From assembly GCF_037042905.1 (NCBI RefSeq), contig NC_087252.1:17734001-17798000 (forward strand): 64,000 bases of DNA, given 5' to 3'. Shown here piece after piece: positions 1 to 12,190 of this stretch. The position numbers and the translations under genes were made by a program. The first letter of the stretch is position 1. Every line of letters begins with the position of its first letter. The notes beneath the pieces were generated by a model. The model saw nothing but the letters and a program-made list of their open reading frames with translations. It was not told the origin of the DNA and searched no databases. Source of the stretch: Lytechinus pictus (lineage: Eukaryota).

Positions 1-730
1 TATATTTGCTTTTATCAACATTTAAACATAGCTTTTTTTTACTTGATCCACTTAGCGATTGCATCAAAATCATTCTGAAATTGTTCTTGTATCTCATAAA
101 TAGACGTAGCACTTACATATAGGGTAGTATCATCAGCGTACATTACTAACTTTCCATGATTCAAAACGTTTAACATATCATCAATATAAATAAATAAAAA
201 AGTAAGGGACCTATTATAGATCCTTGTGGAACTCCACGGGAAATACATCGATCATTAGATTTAGCATTTTTTATCGCAACAAATTGTTTTATGTTATTTA
301 GATGCCAATCAAACCGTGATAAATTGAGACAAATCACTTAAATCAATAATCTTTAATTTATTTAACAACATAGGCGCATTTACAGTATCAAAAGCAGGTC
401 TTAAATCAATGAAGAGTGCTCCTGTAATTTGACCTTTGTCTATAGCATTTAAGCAATCATCAGTTGAAAAACCGAGGGATGATGATGTAGAATGGCCAGG
501 TCGAAATCGAATCCATGCTATGCCAAGAGTATTATTCGAAACCAAATAATCATATAACTGCTGATGGACAATTTTTCAAAAATCTTGCTGTAGTCGGTAA
601 AATAGAAATTGGTCGAAAATTGCAAACAGAAGTAAATTCACCTTCTGAAAATATTTTTAAAGTCATTATGCCCATGTGTGGCCTTACCTTATGAAAAGTC
701 AACTGGGTTGAACACAGTTTGTTGTAACAT
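1..730 (-). mobile_element. Degenerate CR1/L2-group LINE reverse transcriptase fragment (copy 1)
   Basis: Minus-strand ORF pieces carry the RT motifs GALFIDLRPAFDTV and YADDT, with frameshifts. Near-identical to 58940-59650. Confidence 0.9.
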
Positions 731-1486
731 ATGCATTAAACATCGGGATTTTCATAAAAATCAAATCAAATGAACCATGCAAGGAGGTTTGTGATAGATA
801 TCCATAGTTACAAATTGCATTTTTTCCAATAACGTAAAAAAGAGCTTAACACATTCCACATGTTCATTCAAGCGTGAATGTTTAATTAAACGCCTTTGAA
901 TCATTGAAGCATGTTAATTGGTCATGAACATAACGAAAAAGTTGAGAAAAGATCATTTTCAGTTACCAAAATGAAACAATACTTGCCTATGATATTTTAA
1001 AATCGTATCTTTTGTTTTCAATAAATGTTCATTGAACCGTGAAACAATGAATATTGTTGAAGATACTCTTCCCAAAAATAACTGTCGTCATATTCTATCA
1101 TTTTTATTGATAGAAATGTGTAAAAAATCAAATTATAGCAAATTTGGACTTGTGTTCATTCAACCGTAAAATTTAGCCAGAAAAGTTGTATCGTCTTTTA
1201 GAAAGTACCTTTTACAAGCCTTCTGACTATTTTTCATAAGAATGTGGAATTAGTTCCAATAAAAATGGAATCAAAGTCATGATATTTGGCTTGTGACTTT
1301 TGAAAAGTGACAATTTTGCCTTCTGACGGTGCTCACTGAAGCATGACGTAAAATACGTCCATAACATTTACTCAGAGGGTAGCCTATAAAATTACCTACA
1401 CGCTCATGTAAAAATATATTAAAAACTCGCATTGGTTCGGAAATTATTGATGTTTGTTTAAGGGGGGACTTACTTTTTTTGTTGTG
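731..1486 (-). mobile_element. Partial Tc1/mariner-type non-autonomous element
   Basis: The right end ggggggacttactttttttgttgtg|TA and the adjoining ~170 bp are the reverse complement of the element at 10026-10334. It interrupts the LINE fragment after SPWITT. The left boundary is uncertain. Confidence 0.6.
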
Positions 1487-1488
1487 TA

Positions 1489-1969
1489 TAGTTGTGATCC
1501 ATGGAGATCTGGGGCTTCTTTTCCTACTACGCTGATTATATTGTCTTACCGGGAGACATTCATTAAATAAATTAGTCAATTTATCCATAAAATCGTCAAA
1601 AACAATGATTTACTTCAATCATATCATAAATATCACCCCAGTCTAGTTCATCAAGTATATCTTTGAATGCGTTAATATTGCCCTCAGAAAAAAATCGTGT
1701 GTATATTTTAAAGGTTGTTGAGTCTGTTGTAGAATTGGGAAATTTGCAAATATTGGGAAGTGATCCGTGATATCAGAGATGACCACTCCAGCGTGTGGAA
1801 AAGGATGCATATTGGTAAATATGTTGTCTATTAGAGTGGAGGAGTGTTCCGAAATACGAGTTGGTTTAGATATAAGTGGAATAAATGATGCCGTAAGGAA
1901 TGTTCCATAGAACTCCTGAACAAAGGAATCAGAATCATATTTTAGTAGACTAGCATTAAAATCATCTTG
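1489..1969 (-). mobile_element. LINE apurinic endonuclease C-terminal/linker fragment
   Basis: Translation DFN...KPTRISEHSSTLIDNIF...SDITDHFPIF and ...SPWITT is typical of CR1/L2-group ORF2. Confidence 0.85.
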
Positions 1970-2751
1970 ATTACCATCTTGATCCCATTTACAAATATCA
2001 ATCTGTAAACTAACTGGGAAATGTGGGAACAGGTAAAACCCACATGGGTCCCATATGCGTATATTACCATCTTGAGCCCATTTAGAAATGCCCATCTATA
2101 ACGCAACTGGGATATATATGAAAACAGATAAACCCATATAGGTCTCATATGCGCTTTACCATCTTGATCCCATTTAGAAATACCCATTTGTAACCCAACT
2201 GGGAAATATGGGAACAGATAGAACCAACATGGGTCCCATATGCCTATTACCATCTTGATCCAATTTAGAAATACCCATTTGTAACCCAACTGTGATATAT
2301 GGGCACAGATGGAACCCACATGGGTCCCACATGCGCTTTACCATCTTGATCCCATTTAGAAATACCCATTTGTAACCCAACTGGGAAATATGGGAACAGA
2401 TAGAACCAACATGGGTCCCATATGCCTATTACCATCTTGATCCCATTTAGAAATACCCATTTGTAACCCAACTGGGATATATGGGCACAGATAGAACCCA
2501 CATGGGTCCCATAAATTACAATATTTACCCTATTTAGAAATGCCCATCTGTAACCCAACTCGGATATTTGGGCACAGATGAAACCAACATGGGTACCGTA
2601 TGGTTTGCACACCTGGGCCCCGTGTAGCAATACCCATGTGTTCTCGAAATGGGATTTATTTTGGGAATAAGGGCCCATATGGGACCCAAATGGGACCCAG
2701 ATGTCCGATATAAAAAAGGCATAAGCGACCAAGATACTTTGCTGTCTGGGT
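1970..2751. repeat. 91-bp tandem array (~6.5 units) inside a MITE-like element ending gctgtctgggta
   Basis: atcttgatcc recurs at 2161, 2252, 2343 and 2434 (period 91). A shorter homologue lies at ~59935-60293. Confidence 0.85.
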
Positions 2752-3044
2752 ACTGGCGCGTGGTGGCGCGCAGCCGCTCCAAAATATTGAATATTACGGG
2801 CCAAAAAAACTTTTTTTTCGTCACGCCAAATTCAATTTTGGGCGCCGTTACGCGGCCACTATGCGCCAGTTGGGAGGTAATTTGAGTCAATGCTCGCCAC
2901 TGGCACCTTGGCCACACTAGGCGCCACAACAGCTTTGTATTGGCGCGAACTGGCGCCGGATAAGTGGACTCCTAGCATAAGCGAAACTTTAAAATAGCTC
3001 AACCATAACTTAAAGGCTGATGATGCTAACGTGATATGTTTCAT

Positions 3045-3320
3045 GTGAACCTCCTTTTAGGGAGGTTCACATTATACAAGCTATGCTTTTGAGTGAATCT
3101 CCCATTTCCACAAATACCTTTTTTTATATTTAGATTATATGTTATAATTTGTCTACAAAATGCACCATATTTTGTTTATATATCTATATGTTAATTATCA
3201 TTGATGTTGTTGAATATGATTATAATGACAATGATTTGTTTCGTAAATATTTGTTATAAATTTTTGAAAATGATTTGTATAAATATTTATGTCATTTCTG
3301 TTGGAAATAAATCTGAATCT
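3045..3320 (+). mobile_element. Short retroposon 3' end inserted upstream of TRIM copy 1
   Basis: Absent at the paralogous site (36810-36820, tttcatggatggg). Ends aataaa-tctgaatct and contains a gggaggttcac...caagc-tat-gctttt...gtgaatctccc stem-loop. Confidence 0.7.
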
Positions 3321-3784
3321 GGATGGGGTGCCCTGCTCCATGGAGAAATAGGCTTTATACTTTGCTCTTCCATTCTCAATCATTTTATTATTATTATTAT
3401 TTCAGATTTCGTGTTATATTGACACCTCTCTATAAAATCACTTCAATATATTGATATTTATTCTATTATTTCTTATTTATTTGTCTTTTTTTATCACAGG
3501 AGACATCGTAATTCAGATAGCTATGGTCTATTTGGAAGGTCGACTACGAACACACATCCGGGTCTTTTTGCAGTTATTCAGAGCTGATTCTCATGGAGCC
3601 TACCACTAAAGTTTTAAGACAAATTGAGTAACACATTTTTTTTCGAAATAAGTTTATCATTCTGTTGATCATATACTAATATATACGCAAGTCATTCTGT
3701 TGATCATATACTAATATATACGCAAGTCTTACATATTCGCTAGATGATTTTAATTTTCTGCTGAGGAAAAAAGAAACAATAATT

Positions 3785-5650
3785 ATGGCGACACTTGAGC
3801 ATACCGTTTCGCGCGGTTTACAGTGTCCAGTTTGTTTGAGTATGCTAAATGATCCCAAACAACTATCATGTACACATACGTTTTGTCAAAAATGTATCCG
3901 AGATATTCTAGCGTGCTCTTTACGGAATGATTTAACTTGTCCATTATGTAGAATCAAAACAAAAGTCGCGGATGGAAATGTTGCCAATCTTAAAACTAAT
4001 GTACCTGTTAAGTCACTTGTTGATGACGTCAGGAATAGTAAACAGCTCTGTGAAATGTGTGACGAGCAATCAAGAGCCGCACACTTCTGTTGCGATTGTT
4101 GTAAGAACCTGTGTAACGCATGCCTGCAAGCTCATAACACATGGAAACCTAATCTTAAACATAAAGTAGTGAGTGTTGAAGACATCATAAAGGGTAGGGT
4201 TGTCTTAGAGAAGAAGGTTTACTGTCAAGAAGAAGTACACACATCAGATAAATATGAATGCTCTGATGTCTGCACGACATGTAATAAGCTCATTTGTATG
4301 AGATGTCGCATGCTCTACCACGAGAAAATGGGCCACGGTGTGGAAGGTATAAGAGAGTACAATTTAAGTTTCAAGAAGAGCTCTGAGTTACTTCAGAGTA
4401 AAGCAAAGTCCAAAGTGACAAGAGTCAATAATCATATGACGTGTATTGATAATCAAATCAAACGTGTCCATGATCACATTAATGCGGAAAAAGTGAAGCT
4501 TGACAAGCTTTGTGAAAAAGCTATCAAGAAAATAAAAGAGAGGAATGCAACCTTGAAAAAGCAACTAGAAGATCAGAGAGAAGAATTATGCAAGAGTTTA
4601 AATGATATGAAAATTGCTGATGAGAGGTTGGTTAAGAGTATTGAGAGTGCCAGTGATTTGGTGAGTACTAGTTTGGAGGCTCCACTAGAAGGGGATGTTG
4701 TTGCAATACGTGATGCATTGTATGGAGAATTGAAAAATGTATTACTTAGGGAAAATCCAAAGAAGAAGGTTGCTATTGATGTAGGTGATCATGCAGAGGA
4801 ACTGACGTTTACACCAAGCTGCGATCCTGATACATTATCAATGGGGGAACTGAGGTTTGTGAAATGGAAGCCGAAATGCAATGTACTACTCTCAGAGAAA
4901 GGACATATGAATGGCATAGCTGCTACAAATAATGGTATGATGGCTGTTGGTTATAGTACAAGAGGGATTGATATATTATCTACTGACGGTCTGCTGCAGA
5001 AGACAGTCATAAAAAATGTAAAGATACGTAAAGTAGGATTCCTCTCCGATGGCCGTTATGTTGTACTTGATACAGATAATGAGATATCATTGTACACATC
5101 AGATGAAGAGAGACAGGATGTTCAATTCGATACTTTAGGTAGGAGTGAAGGTGGGTATGGTGGTCTCACTGTAGACAGCAATGATCTGATTTATGTTGGC
5201 TACAGGAAAGCTAAGAAGATCCAGGTATTCTCACCATTAGGCGGCAAGGCTATGAGGGTGATACCATGCCATGGGTATGAACCTATCCAAATCAAAAGTT
5301 ATGGTGATTCGTTGATCGTCAAGCAGTTTAAGAATGCAATAATACGTATTGATAAGGACGGTAATATAATGCATAGATTATGGAAACCTTGGGAAAATGA
5401 TCTCGTTGCTGCTGTGACTAAAGACAATCCAACCCTGATTGCCTCTGTAAGACACGAGGAAGGTCTGCTCAATATCGATGAGTACACCGGTGAGCTGAAA
5501 CACATCAAGACTCTTATATCTGATTACAAGATTGAGAAACCTGAGAGGCAGTGGTATTACCTTAGACAGTTTCAATCAGGAGAGATAGTTTTCTGTACAC
5601 CGGATAGGCTCTATATATTTAACCTAGTTACTAGTAAAGTTACCTCGTAA
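3785..5650 (+). CDS. TRIM-family E3 ligase (RING-Bbox1-Bbox2-coiled coil-NHL-like beta-propeller), 621 aa, intronless CDS
   Basis: C3HC4 RING (CPVC...CTHTFCQKC...CPLC), two Cys/His B-boxes, a helical K/E/L-rich segment, and NHL-like repeats (GLTVDSNDLIYV...KIQVFS). The ORF is uninterrupted and conserved in the paralogue. Confidence 0.93.
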   Translation: MATLEHTVSRGLQCPVCLSMLNDPKQLSCTHTFCQKCIRDILACSLRNDLTCPLCRIKTKVADGNVANLKTNVPVKSLVDDVRNSKQLCEMCDEQSRAAHFCCDCCKNLCNACLQAHNTWKPNLKHKVVSVEDIIKGRVVLEKKVYCQEEVHTSDKYECSDVCTTCNKLICMRCRMLYHEKMGHGVEGIREYNLSFKKSSELLQSKAKSKVTRVNNHMTCIDNQIKRVHDHINAEKVKLDKLCEKAIKKIKERNATLKKQLEDQREELCKSLNDMKIADERLVKSIESASDLVSTSLEAPLEGDVVAIRDALYGELKNVLLRENPKKKVAIDVGDHAEELTFTPSCDPDTLSMGELRFVKWKPKCNVLLSEKGHMNGIAATNNGMMAVGYSTRGIDILSTDGLLQKTVIKNVKIRKVGFLSDGRYVVLDTDNEISLYTSDEERQDVQFDTLGRSEGGYGGLTVDSNDLIYVGYRKAKKIQVFSPLGGKAMRVIPCHGYEPIQIKSYGDSLIVKQFKNAIIRIDKDGNIMHRLWKPWENDLVAAVTKDNPTLIASVRHEEGLLNIDEYTGELKHIKTLISDYKIEKPERQWYYLRQFQSGEIVFCTPDRLYIFNLVTSKVTS

Positions 5651-6259
5651 GAATATAATGTTTCGACCTTCAAGCGCCAATTATTTTCCTACTTTACAAA
5701 TTCATCAATTCACCAGTATCAATGTTAATCGTGGTAGTTATGTTCCATTAATGTCAAGAATCAAGAATCTTAATTCATTCCATTCGATAAAATAATCACG
5801 TGTACAAAAGAATAGTAAAACGCAAAAGTACATGATATACAACCATAAACAATTCATAATTATTACACATAGAGGAGCGTAATCGAATGAAATATGGCAC
5901 TCTCCAAAAGTTAGAAAAGAATTGAACATCATTTGAGGAAGCTCTGCCCAAAGTTGTATCCCAACTGTATCATTTTTAACAGTTTCAGGCATGTCTGGTT
6001 AGGGGTTACGTAGATTTCACTACTCCTACATGAATGTTTACCATTCTTAACAAAATAGAGTTTGAGCGTTTAATACTGAAATTTCCATTTTTAGTAGAAA
6101 ATATTTGAACAAAGTAATTTCTTTCTTTGAAATTATAATTAATTTTACACATTACACATATTTCTTATTTAGAAAGAAATATGTTCCAACATAAATACAT
6201 GTGTATGACATCAAATCAATATTGAAAAGTGAAATACAACTGAATACGTTGATTATTCC

Positions 6260-6481
6260 CAGGGGCGGATCCAGGATTTTCCAAAGGGGGGGGGCAAATT
6301 TTTCCGAGGAAAATTTTAACGAGGAAATTAAAAAAGAAAAAAAAAAGGTCTTCAATTTCAAAAGAGGGGGCACACCTCTGTTTTAATGGAATTTTTACAT
6401 AACAAATTTTAATTTTGATTCTCAAGGTGGTGGTGGGAGGGACGGGCCGGGTGTACCCCCCCCCCCCTGGATCCGCCAGTG
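6260..6481. mobile_element. hAT-type MITE
   Basis: TIR caggggcggatccagg / cctggatccgccagtg, perfect 8-bp TSD attattcc. Missing from the paralogous flank (~39750). Confidence 0.9.
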
Positions 6482-7578
6482 ATTATTCCGAAAGATTAAA
6501 ACATATAATCATTTCATGAATAACGTTTACTTGCTTGATGAAGTAATAAATGCTCTATGAGATACTAGTAGACGACTGACATTGAAAACGTGACCAGTAA
6601 TGAGTCTGGTATCCTTACGTACAAATAAAAGACTTTTAAAATGTATGATTTAGGTTGAGATGGGGATTAATGTTTACAAGTCCAAAATGATGCAAGTACG
6701 TATCTTGGGGGGGATAGGCCATGACATCCTCAGAGCATAGAAACAAGGAAAAAATAAAACCTACAATCTAAGAAAATCAAAAGCAATGATTAGTTGCAAT
6801 ATCAAACAGATTGGCCTCAACAAAAAACAGTCCACAGACATCAGATCAATCCGGCTAAAATCCGGATGTTGGAAAATCCTGCCGAAAGTTTGCAAATAAC
6901 TTGACTTTTCATAGACACAAGTGGAGAGAAGCGAGTTGGTAAACATGATACACGTGACGTGATAACGTTGGCTTCCAAACTGTAGAGTAACACTTACTTT
7001 TGTATATTCTTCATCCTTACGATTTTTGGTTTGTTTAATAATGCTGGTGAGATTATTGTAAATTGTAATATAAGAAATTCATGCAAATGATGAAAATTTA
7101 CAATAACCGTAGATGATTTACAAAGGTAGTGTATATTACTTCTAGATAGCTTTTGCTTGTGTTGTATACCCTTTGGGTACTATGGTAAATGATTTCAATG
7201 CATTTATAAGTTTATTCATAATCATTTTCATGCCATATTCCTGTTATATGGCATGTTCTCGATATTATTAATAACATAAAAAAAATCGATGAGCAATGAC
7301 AATAAACATACAAGTCTAATTCGATGTCTATACAAACGGAAATAATAAGAACCTCAATTTCAATCATGACATCTCAAATCGGAATAACCTTCGCTTAAAA
7401 TGTAAAACAGAAATGTCCAATCATTTTGTTCAGAGCTTAAGAATGAAGGGAGCAATAGTGATAACATAAACCTATAATTACATGTACATATTTCGTTTAG
7501 TTATCAATAACGTTTATTGCACTTTTAGATTGCATTAAGCCGTGTAATAAATTTAATCACTTATATTTGGTTAATTTG

Positions 7579-7936
7579 AACTTCAAATGCACATGGTACT
7601 TACAAATCTTTGCCAATTCTTTGAGGGATCCACACTCATCAAGCCCTGCTTTTTATTGGATACTTTGATTTCCTCAACTTTTATTTTATTTAAAAAAAAA
7701 ATGTATAAAAGTAGCCTTCCAAACACATATGTATCGTTATTGATTCTGATTATCACATTGTTTAGTGTTTTACCGTAAACACTTATCTTGTATAGTCATA
7801 TTGCTTACATTGTATGTTGATTTGTATAGATTTGTACGGTTATTACTTTGCACCTTTGATACCATTTAATATGATGTATATAGTTGAGTTGAGAAGATTG
7901 AATAAAACAAACTTAAAACTTGAACTTGTTTTAAGA
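7579..7936 (+). mobile_element. Short retroposon 3' end, unit 1 only
   Basis: Absent at 40810-40820 (ggttaatttgcccaatcg). Contains a caagccctgctttt hairpin and ends aataaa followed by an (aacttg)-like tail. Confidence 0.6.
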
Positions 7937-9063
7937 TTGCCCAATCGAATAAGAAAAAAGTTCAGCTTGTTTCATACTGTTTTTCTGAAACTGTATTGTT
8001 CATTCTTCATCTCGTGTAAAACACGAAGTGTAAATTGTTGACCGAAGGTACTGTAATCATACATAGCACTTACCCTTGCTAATTCCGCAGTTATTTCGCC
8101 AAACAAATGTAGAATAAATCGACAATGCTACTTGCATTGTATCATGTTTGATCTTCTTAAATCATTCAATCATAAAACTGATTTTTCGATTTTATGACCA
8201 TCGGTTAAAAGTTTCAAATAAACTTGTAGATAGAAAATATTAGAATACAGATTAATTCGAATGGTGCCATTGAATCCATGTGTTCAAGAAGATGCTTAAG
8301 TCTCATTTGCTTTGATATATTACATGGGGTGTTCATTTCGTGAAATTTTGTTTGAAGATATTGCCTATTGTTGTATTTGTTTTCGTCATTATGTATAGTG
8401 CTTTATAAGAATTCTAATAATAATGATTATTATTAATATGATTATTATTATTGAAATGGAGACCGGCGAAAAGCGAGACTTGTAGAAACACTGCCGAATG
8501 AACGATCTTTTATAAATAAAATAAGAGAGCAAACGTAGAGCAGACATGTAAATGGTAAAAAAAATGAATTTTAGGAGATGGTGAAAATAAATTATTGTAT
8601 ATAAATAAAACATACGTCGGGAGGATTATGGGGCTTCAAAAGGCAAGGAATAAGAGAAACAAAAATGAATAGGAAGAAAGAATGACAAAATTAAAGGTAT
8701 TAGTGGGATGAAAGAAAGGGGGAAAACAACTTAAAGGTTATAAGATTGTTATCAGAATATCCTATAAACTACTGTAAAGGTGCATGGTTATATATTACAT
8801 CTTAAATATCCATAAAGGTTATCAATTCTTTTTTGATATGTGTAAAATGTTATTACGTAATTTTGCTGTTTAAGTGTAACGTTCTTAAGCTTAAGCTCTC
8901 CATCATATTCAGCGAAATTAAAAAAAAAAGAGCTATAGATAGAAAAGTATATTATGCATGGGTTTGATGTAACTCGAGACTCATGGCAGTGGTGGATTTC
9001 ATTATTAACTTGAAATATATTGCTAAAGATGTTTTGTAGTTGTTAAACTGATACAATCCTTAT

Positions 9064-9221
9064 GGGCCCCGTTTCATAAAGGACTTGCAACTGTTGTAAC
9101 TTTGCCATTATGACAACTACCATGGAAACCTTGATTACGATTGGCTGCTGAGCCCTGTTACCATGGTAGTTGCATGATGGCAAAGTTACAACAGTTGCAA
9201 GTCCTTTATGAAACGGGCCCC
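9064..9221. mobile_element. Palindromic MITE
   Basis: About 40-bp near-perfect inverted ends ccgtttcataaaggacttgcaactgttgtaactttgcca / tggcaaagttacaacagttgcaagtcctttatgaaacgg. Confidence 0.85.
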
Positions 9222-10025
9222 TGGTGTTGATGATTTACATGAATAATAATTTGCATAGCGGTTTGTTTTAAAATTAACAACTCTTTATCTATACGATATG
9301 CCGTGTTGTTTCCCCTTGATAGAATTTCGGTTGTTCAATGCGGAGGGGGAAAAAATAAATGCTACAAAGTAATGATTACATTGTTTTTAGATATTACCTT
9401 ACATATATTATTAGTGTTATGATGAATTTTAATGACACTTTTCCATCTTTAGGTGTGCAGAAAATCATTGTTCTGTAGCTACCTAGTGTTCTGAATGTTC
9501 TGAATGTTATCTATCAAAATAGGATGAGGCAGGTCATAAGAGATCCGTTGCAGGAAGAGTTGCATTTAAACGCAAGTCAAAAAGTCAATCACAAGTCCCA
9601 AATGCGCGCTGTTGATTGGTTGAAAATCAAGTTGCGCATTTCTGCAACGGGCCCAATATGTATTAAATGTTCTGTTTGCCTCTGTAGCTGGAAGAAATGT
9701 ATTGATTCTATTCCTTTTAGCAATTGATTGAATATCTGACAATGGTTTCTGTGTAAGTTTCTACGTATAATAATCATGATAATAGTGATTGTTTGATCAT
9801 ATTTTATTATTCTTTTAATGCTTGTGGATACTCTGTGTTTGGGAGCGGTTTGCTTGACCATTCGTTTTGCAGTATCACTTTTACTCTTATATTTTTCTTG
9901 TTATTCTGATTTGGATTTGGTTTGGGAGGTTTGGGGAAGAAACCTTGTGGGTTATGGGTTTTTTTAAGTTTACGTTTTCCATATCCAGGCAGCCTCTACA
10001 ACTTTCATCCAGCACATAGTATATA

Positions 10026-10334
10026 CACAACAAAAAAGGCCCCCTTAAACAAACATCCATAATTTCCGAACCACTGGGAGTTTTTAATATTTTTTTTACA
10101 TGAGCGAGTAGGTAATTGTATAGGCTACCGTTTTGCTGAATTTTACGGACGTATTATATGTTATGTTTCAGTGAGCACCGGCAGAATGCAAAAATTGGCA
10201 CCGATCAATCTCATTTTCCCCCAAGAGTTACTTAATGAGTGTAAAAAAATCACCTATGAAATATTATATCTCGAAATTATTCCGTTCAAAAGTTACAGCA
10301 TTTTGATGTAGGGGGGACTTACTTTTTTGTTGTG
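10026..10334. mobile_element. Tc1/mariner-type MITE
   Basis: TA|cacaacaaaaaa...ttttttgttgtg inverted termini. Homologous to 1300-1486. Confidence 0.7.
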
Positions 10335-10464
10335 TTTATTTTTTTCATGAAATATTCTCATTGACTTGTTTCTATAATTATGTAACTCTGTATTCTCTGT
10401 GTATTTTTAAATGCCGAATAAATAAGAAACAACAATGACGATGATGATGATGGTAGTAGTAGTA

Positions 10465-10659
10465 CACTCTTAAAAATGTTAGGCAACATACTGTCCACAT
10501 AACGATTAGTTAAAACTTTATTCAATTCTGAGTATTTTTAAACCAATTAGGTGTGCTTTGGGTGAAAACTACACGGTATTGGTTGAAAACTACCCAGTTG
10601 GATATTTTTGTTTAGCCAATTGTTGTGTGAACAGTATGTTGCCCAACATTTTAAGAGTG
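10465..10659. mobile_element. TA-flanked MITE
   Basis: TA|cactcttaaaaatgttaggcaacatactgt ... acagtatgttgcccaacattttaagagtg|TA. Confidence 0.85.
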
Positions 10660-11029
10660 TATTAATGACAATGATGATTATGATAATAATAACGATAGCA
10701 ATAACAACAATAAATGAAGATACAATTCGATGATCTATGCAAGTCGCTGACATAAAGAATAAAAAAAAAAATGAGGGGAGAGAATGGAGCCGCGAGGGAA
10801 TTCCCAATTTATGTATATATCTTTGTTCTGACAAGTGATTTTTTTATGCATACGAAGGTTTTTTAAACCACATTTCTTAGGTAATAAATCCATTATTTCT
10901 ACTAAAAAGCTTCAGATCTGGATTCATTGAAAATGTTTTATATAGAAGAAAGGATGAGGTTGGAAGATTAATTTGTGTGTAGTGATATTGAGCGTGCATG
11001 ATGTCAAAGATTTGTTTAGATATAGTGAC

Positions 11030-11930
11030 CAATTATAATGGTTGAGAATTATGATGGTGTCGGATACGAGGGTGTGGGGTTGTGACAGTGGTCATGTTCT
11101 TGATGTTCTTGTAAGTGTAGTGGTGACTCATTGAGGTAATACTGATGAGTCCGATAAAGATAAAAGTGGAAGCAGCGCTCTTGATGATGATGATGATGAT
11201 GATGATGATGCTGATGATGACGATTCTGCTGCTGCTGATAATGATCATTGCGCTGATGGTGCAGGTGGTGATTGTGGCAGTGGTGGTGATTATATGTTCG
11301 TAAGGAAGAAGATAAAAGTGGTAGTGTTGATAATGATAATGGTTGTGGCGATGGTTATAATGGCGATGAAAGAGGTGGTGAATGGCGGTCGTTAATAAAG
11401 AAGATAATCATACTATGATGAATGTGATATTGCTTATTCTGACGATCAACATAGTGGTAGTAGTAAGGGCGGAGGCTGAATTGAGCATGGGGAGGTGCAC
11501 ATCCTGGGAAGGTGAAAACAAAGGGGTATGGGTGGGGCACATATTGGGGAGGTATCACTAAATTGTGGAAAATCAGCTGTTGAAAGCAGAAGGGGTACCG
11601 TTTTGCTTGCCAGTGTCTGAACTCATATGCCTCAGCGGGAGGGTGCACGTGCACCCAATCCACCCCAGCCTACGCCCTTGCTCTCCACGGAGAATTATTC
11701 TATTGTTACTGGGGGTGCTGAGCATTGTCACAGCACCCCCAGTATCAATAGATAATCCTCCCTGGGTAGGTCCATGTCATTACGTTAGTTATGATTCTTA
11801 CGATGGTGGTGATGTTTTAATGGTGTTTTGATGAAGATGCGACATCGATGTAATGGTGATGATGTCGATGTAGATATAAGAGGCTGCGTTGTTGCCGTTG
11901 CTGATGTCGTTGATGATGATTGAGACGAAA
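11030..11930. repeat. Degenerate (GAT/GGT)n low-complexity tract with a nested hAT-like MITE (~11465-11680)
   Basis: (gat)n runs. MITE ends agggcggaggctg / cagcctacgccct. Confidence 0.7.
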
Positions 11931-11947
11931 TGTTAATGAACGGCGTA

Positions 11948-12190
11948 TGCATTCGTAATTCCGAAGCTTCGTTATTCCGAAAGTTCGGATACTCCGAAGG
12001 TTCGTTAATCCAAAAGCGAAATAAGGTTCGTTGTTCCGAAGGTTCGACAATCCGAAAACGAAATGAGGTTGTTGTTCCGAAGTTTCGTTTATCCGAAAAC
12101 GAAATGAGGTTCTTGATTTCGTTTTCGGACTAACGAACCTTCGGAATAAAGAACCTTCAGAATTACGAACCTTCGGAACTACGAAGTGTA
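11948..12190. mobile_element. MITE built of short inverted ttccgaaggttcg repeats
   Basis: Forward copies at 11955-12100 and inverted copies (cgaaccttcggaa) at 12130-12185. Confidence 0.7.

Noticed and set aside
1942..2929. Overlapping 68-179 aa ORFs
   Set aside because: They are products of the 91-bp tandem array and have no domain signature.
3785..5650. Assigning a symbol such as TRIM56, TRIM71 or TRIM2/3
   Set aside because: The architecture is similar, but no filamin domain is evident and orthology cannot be established without a phylogeny.
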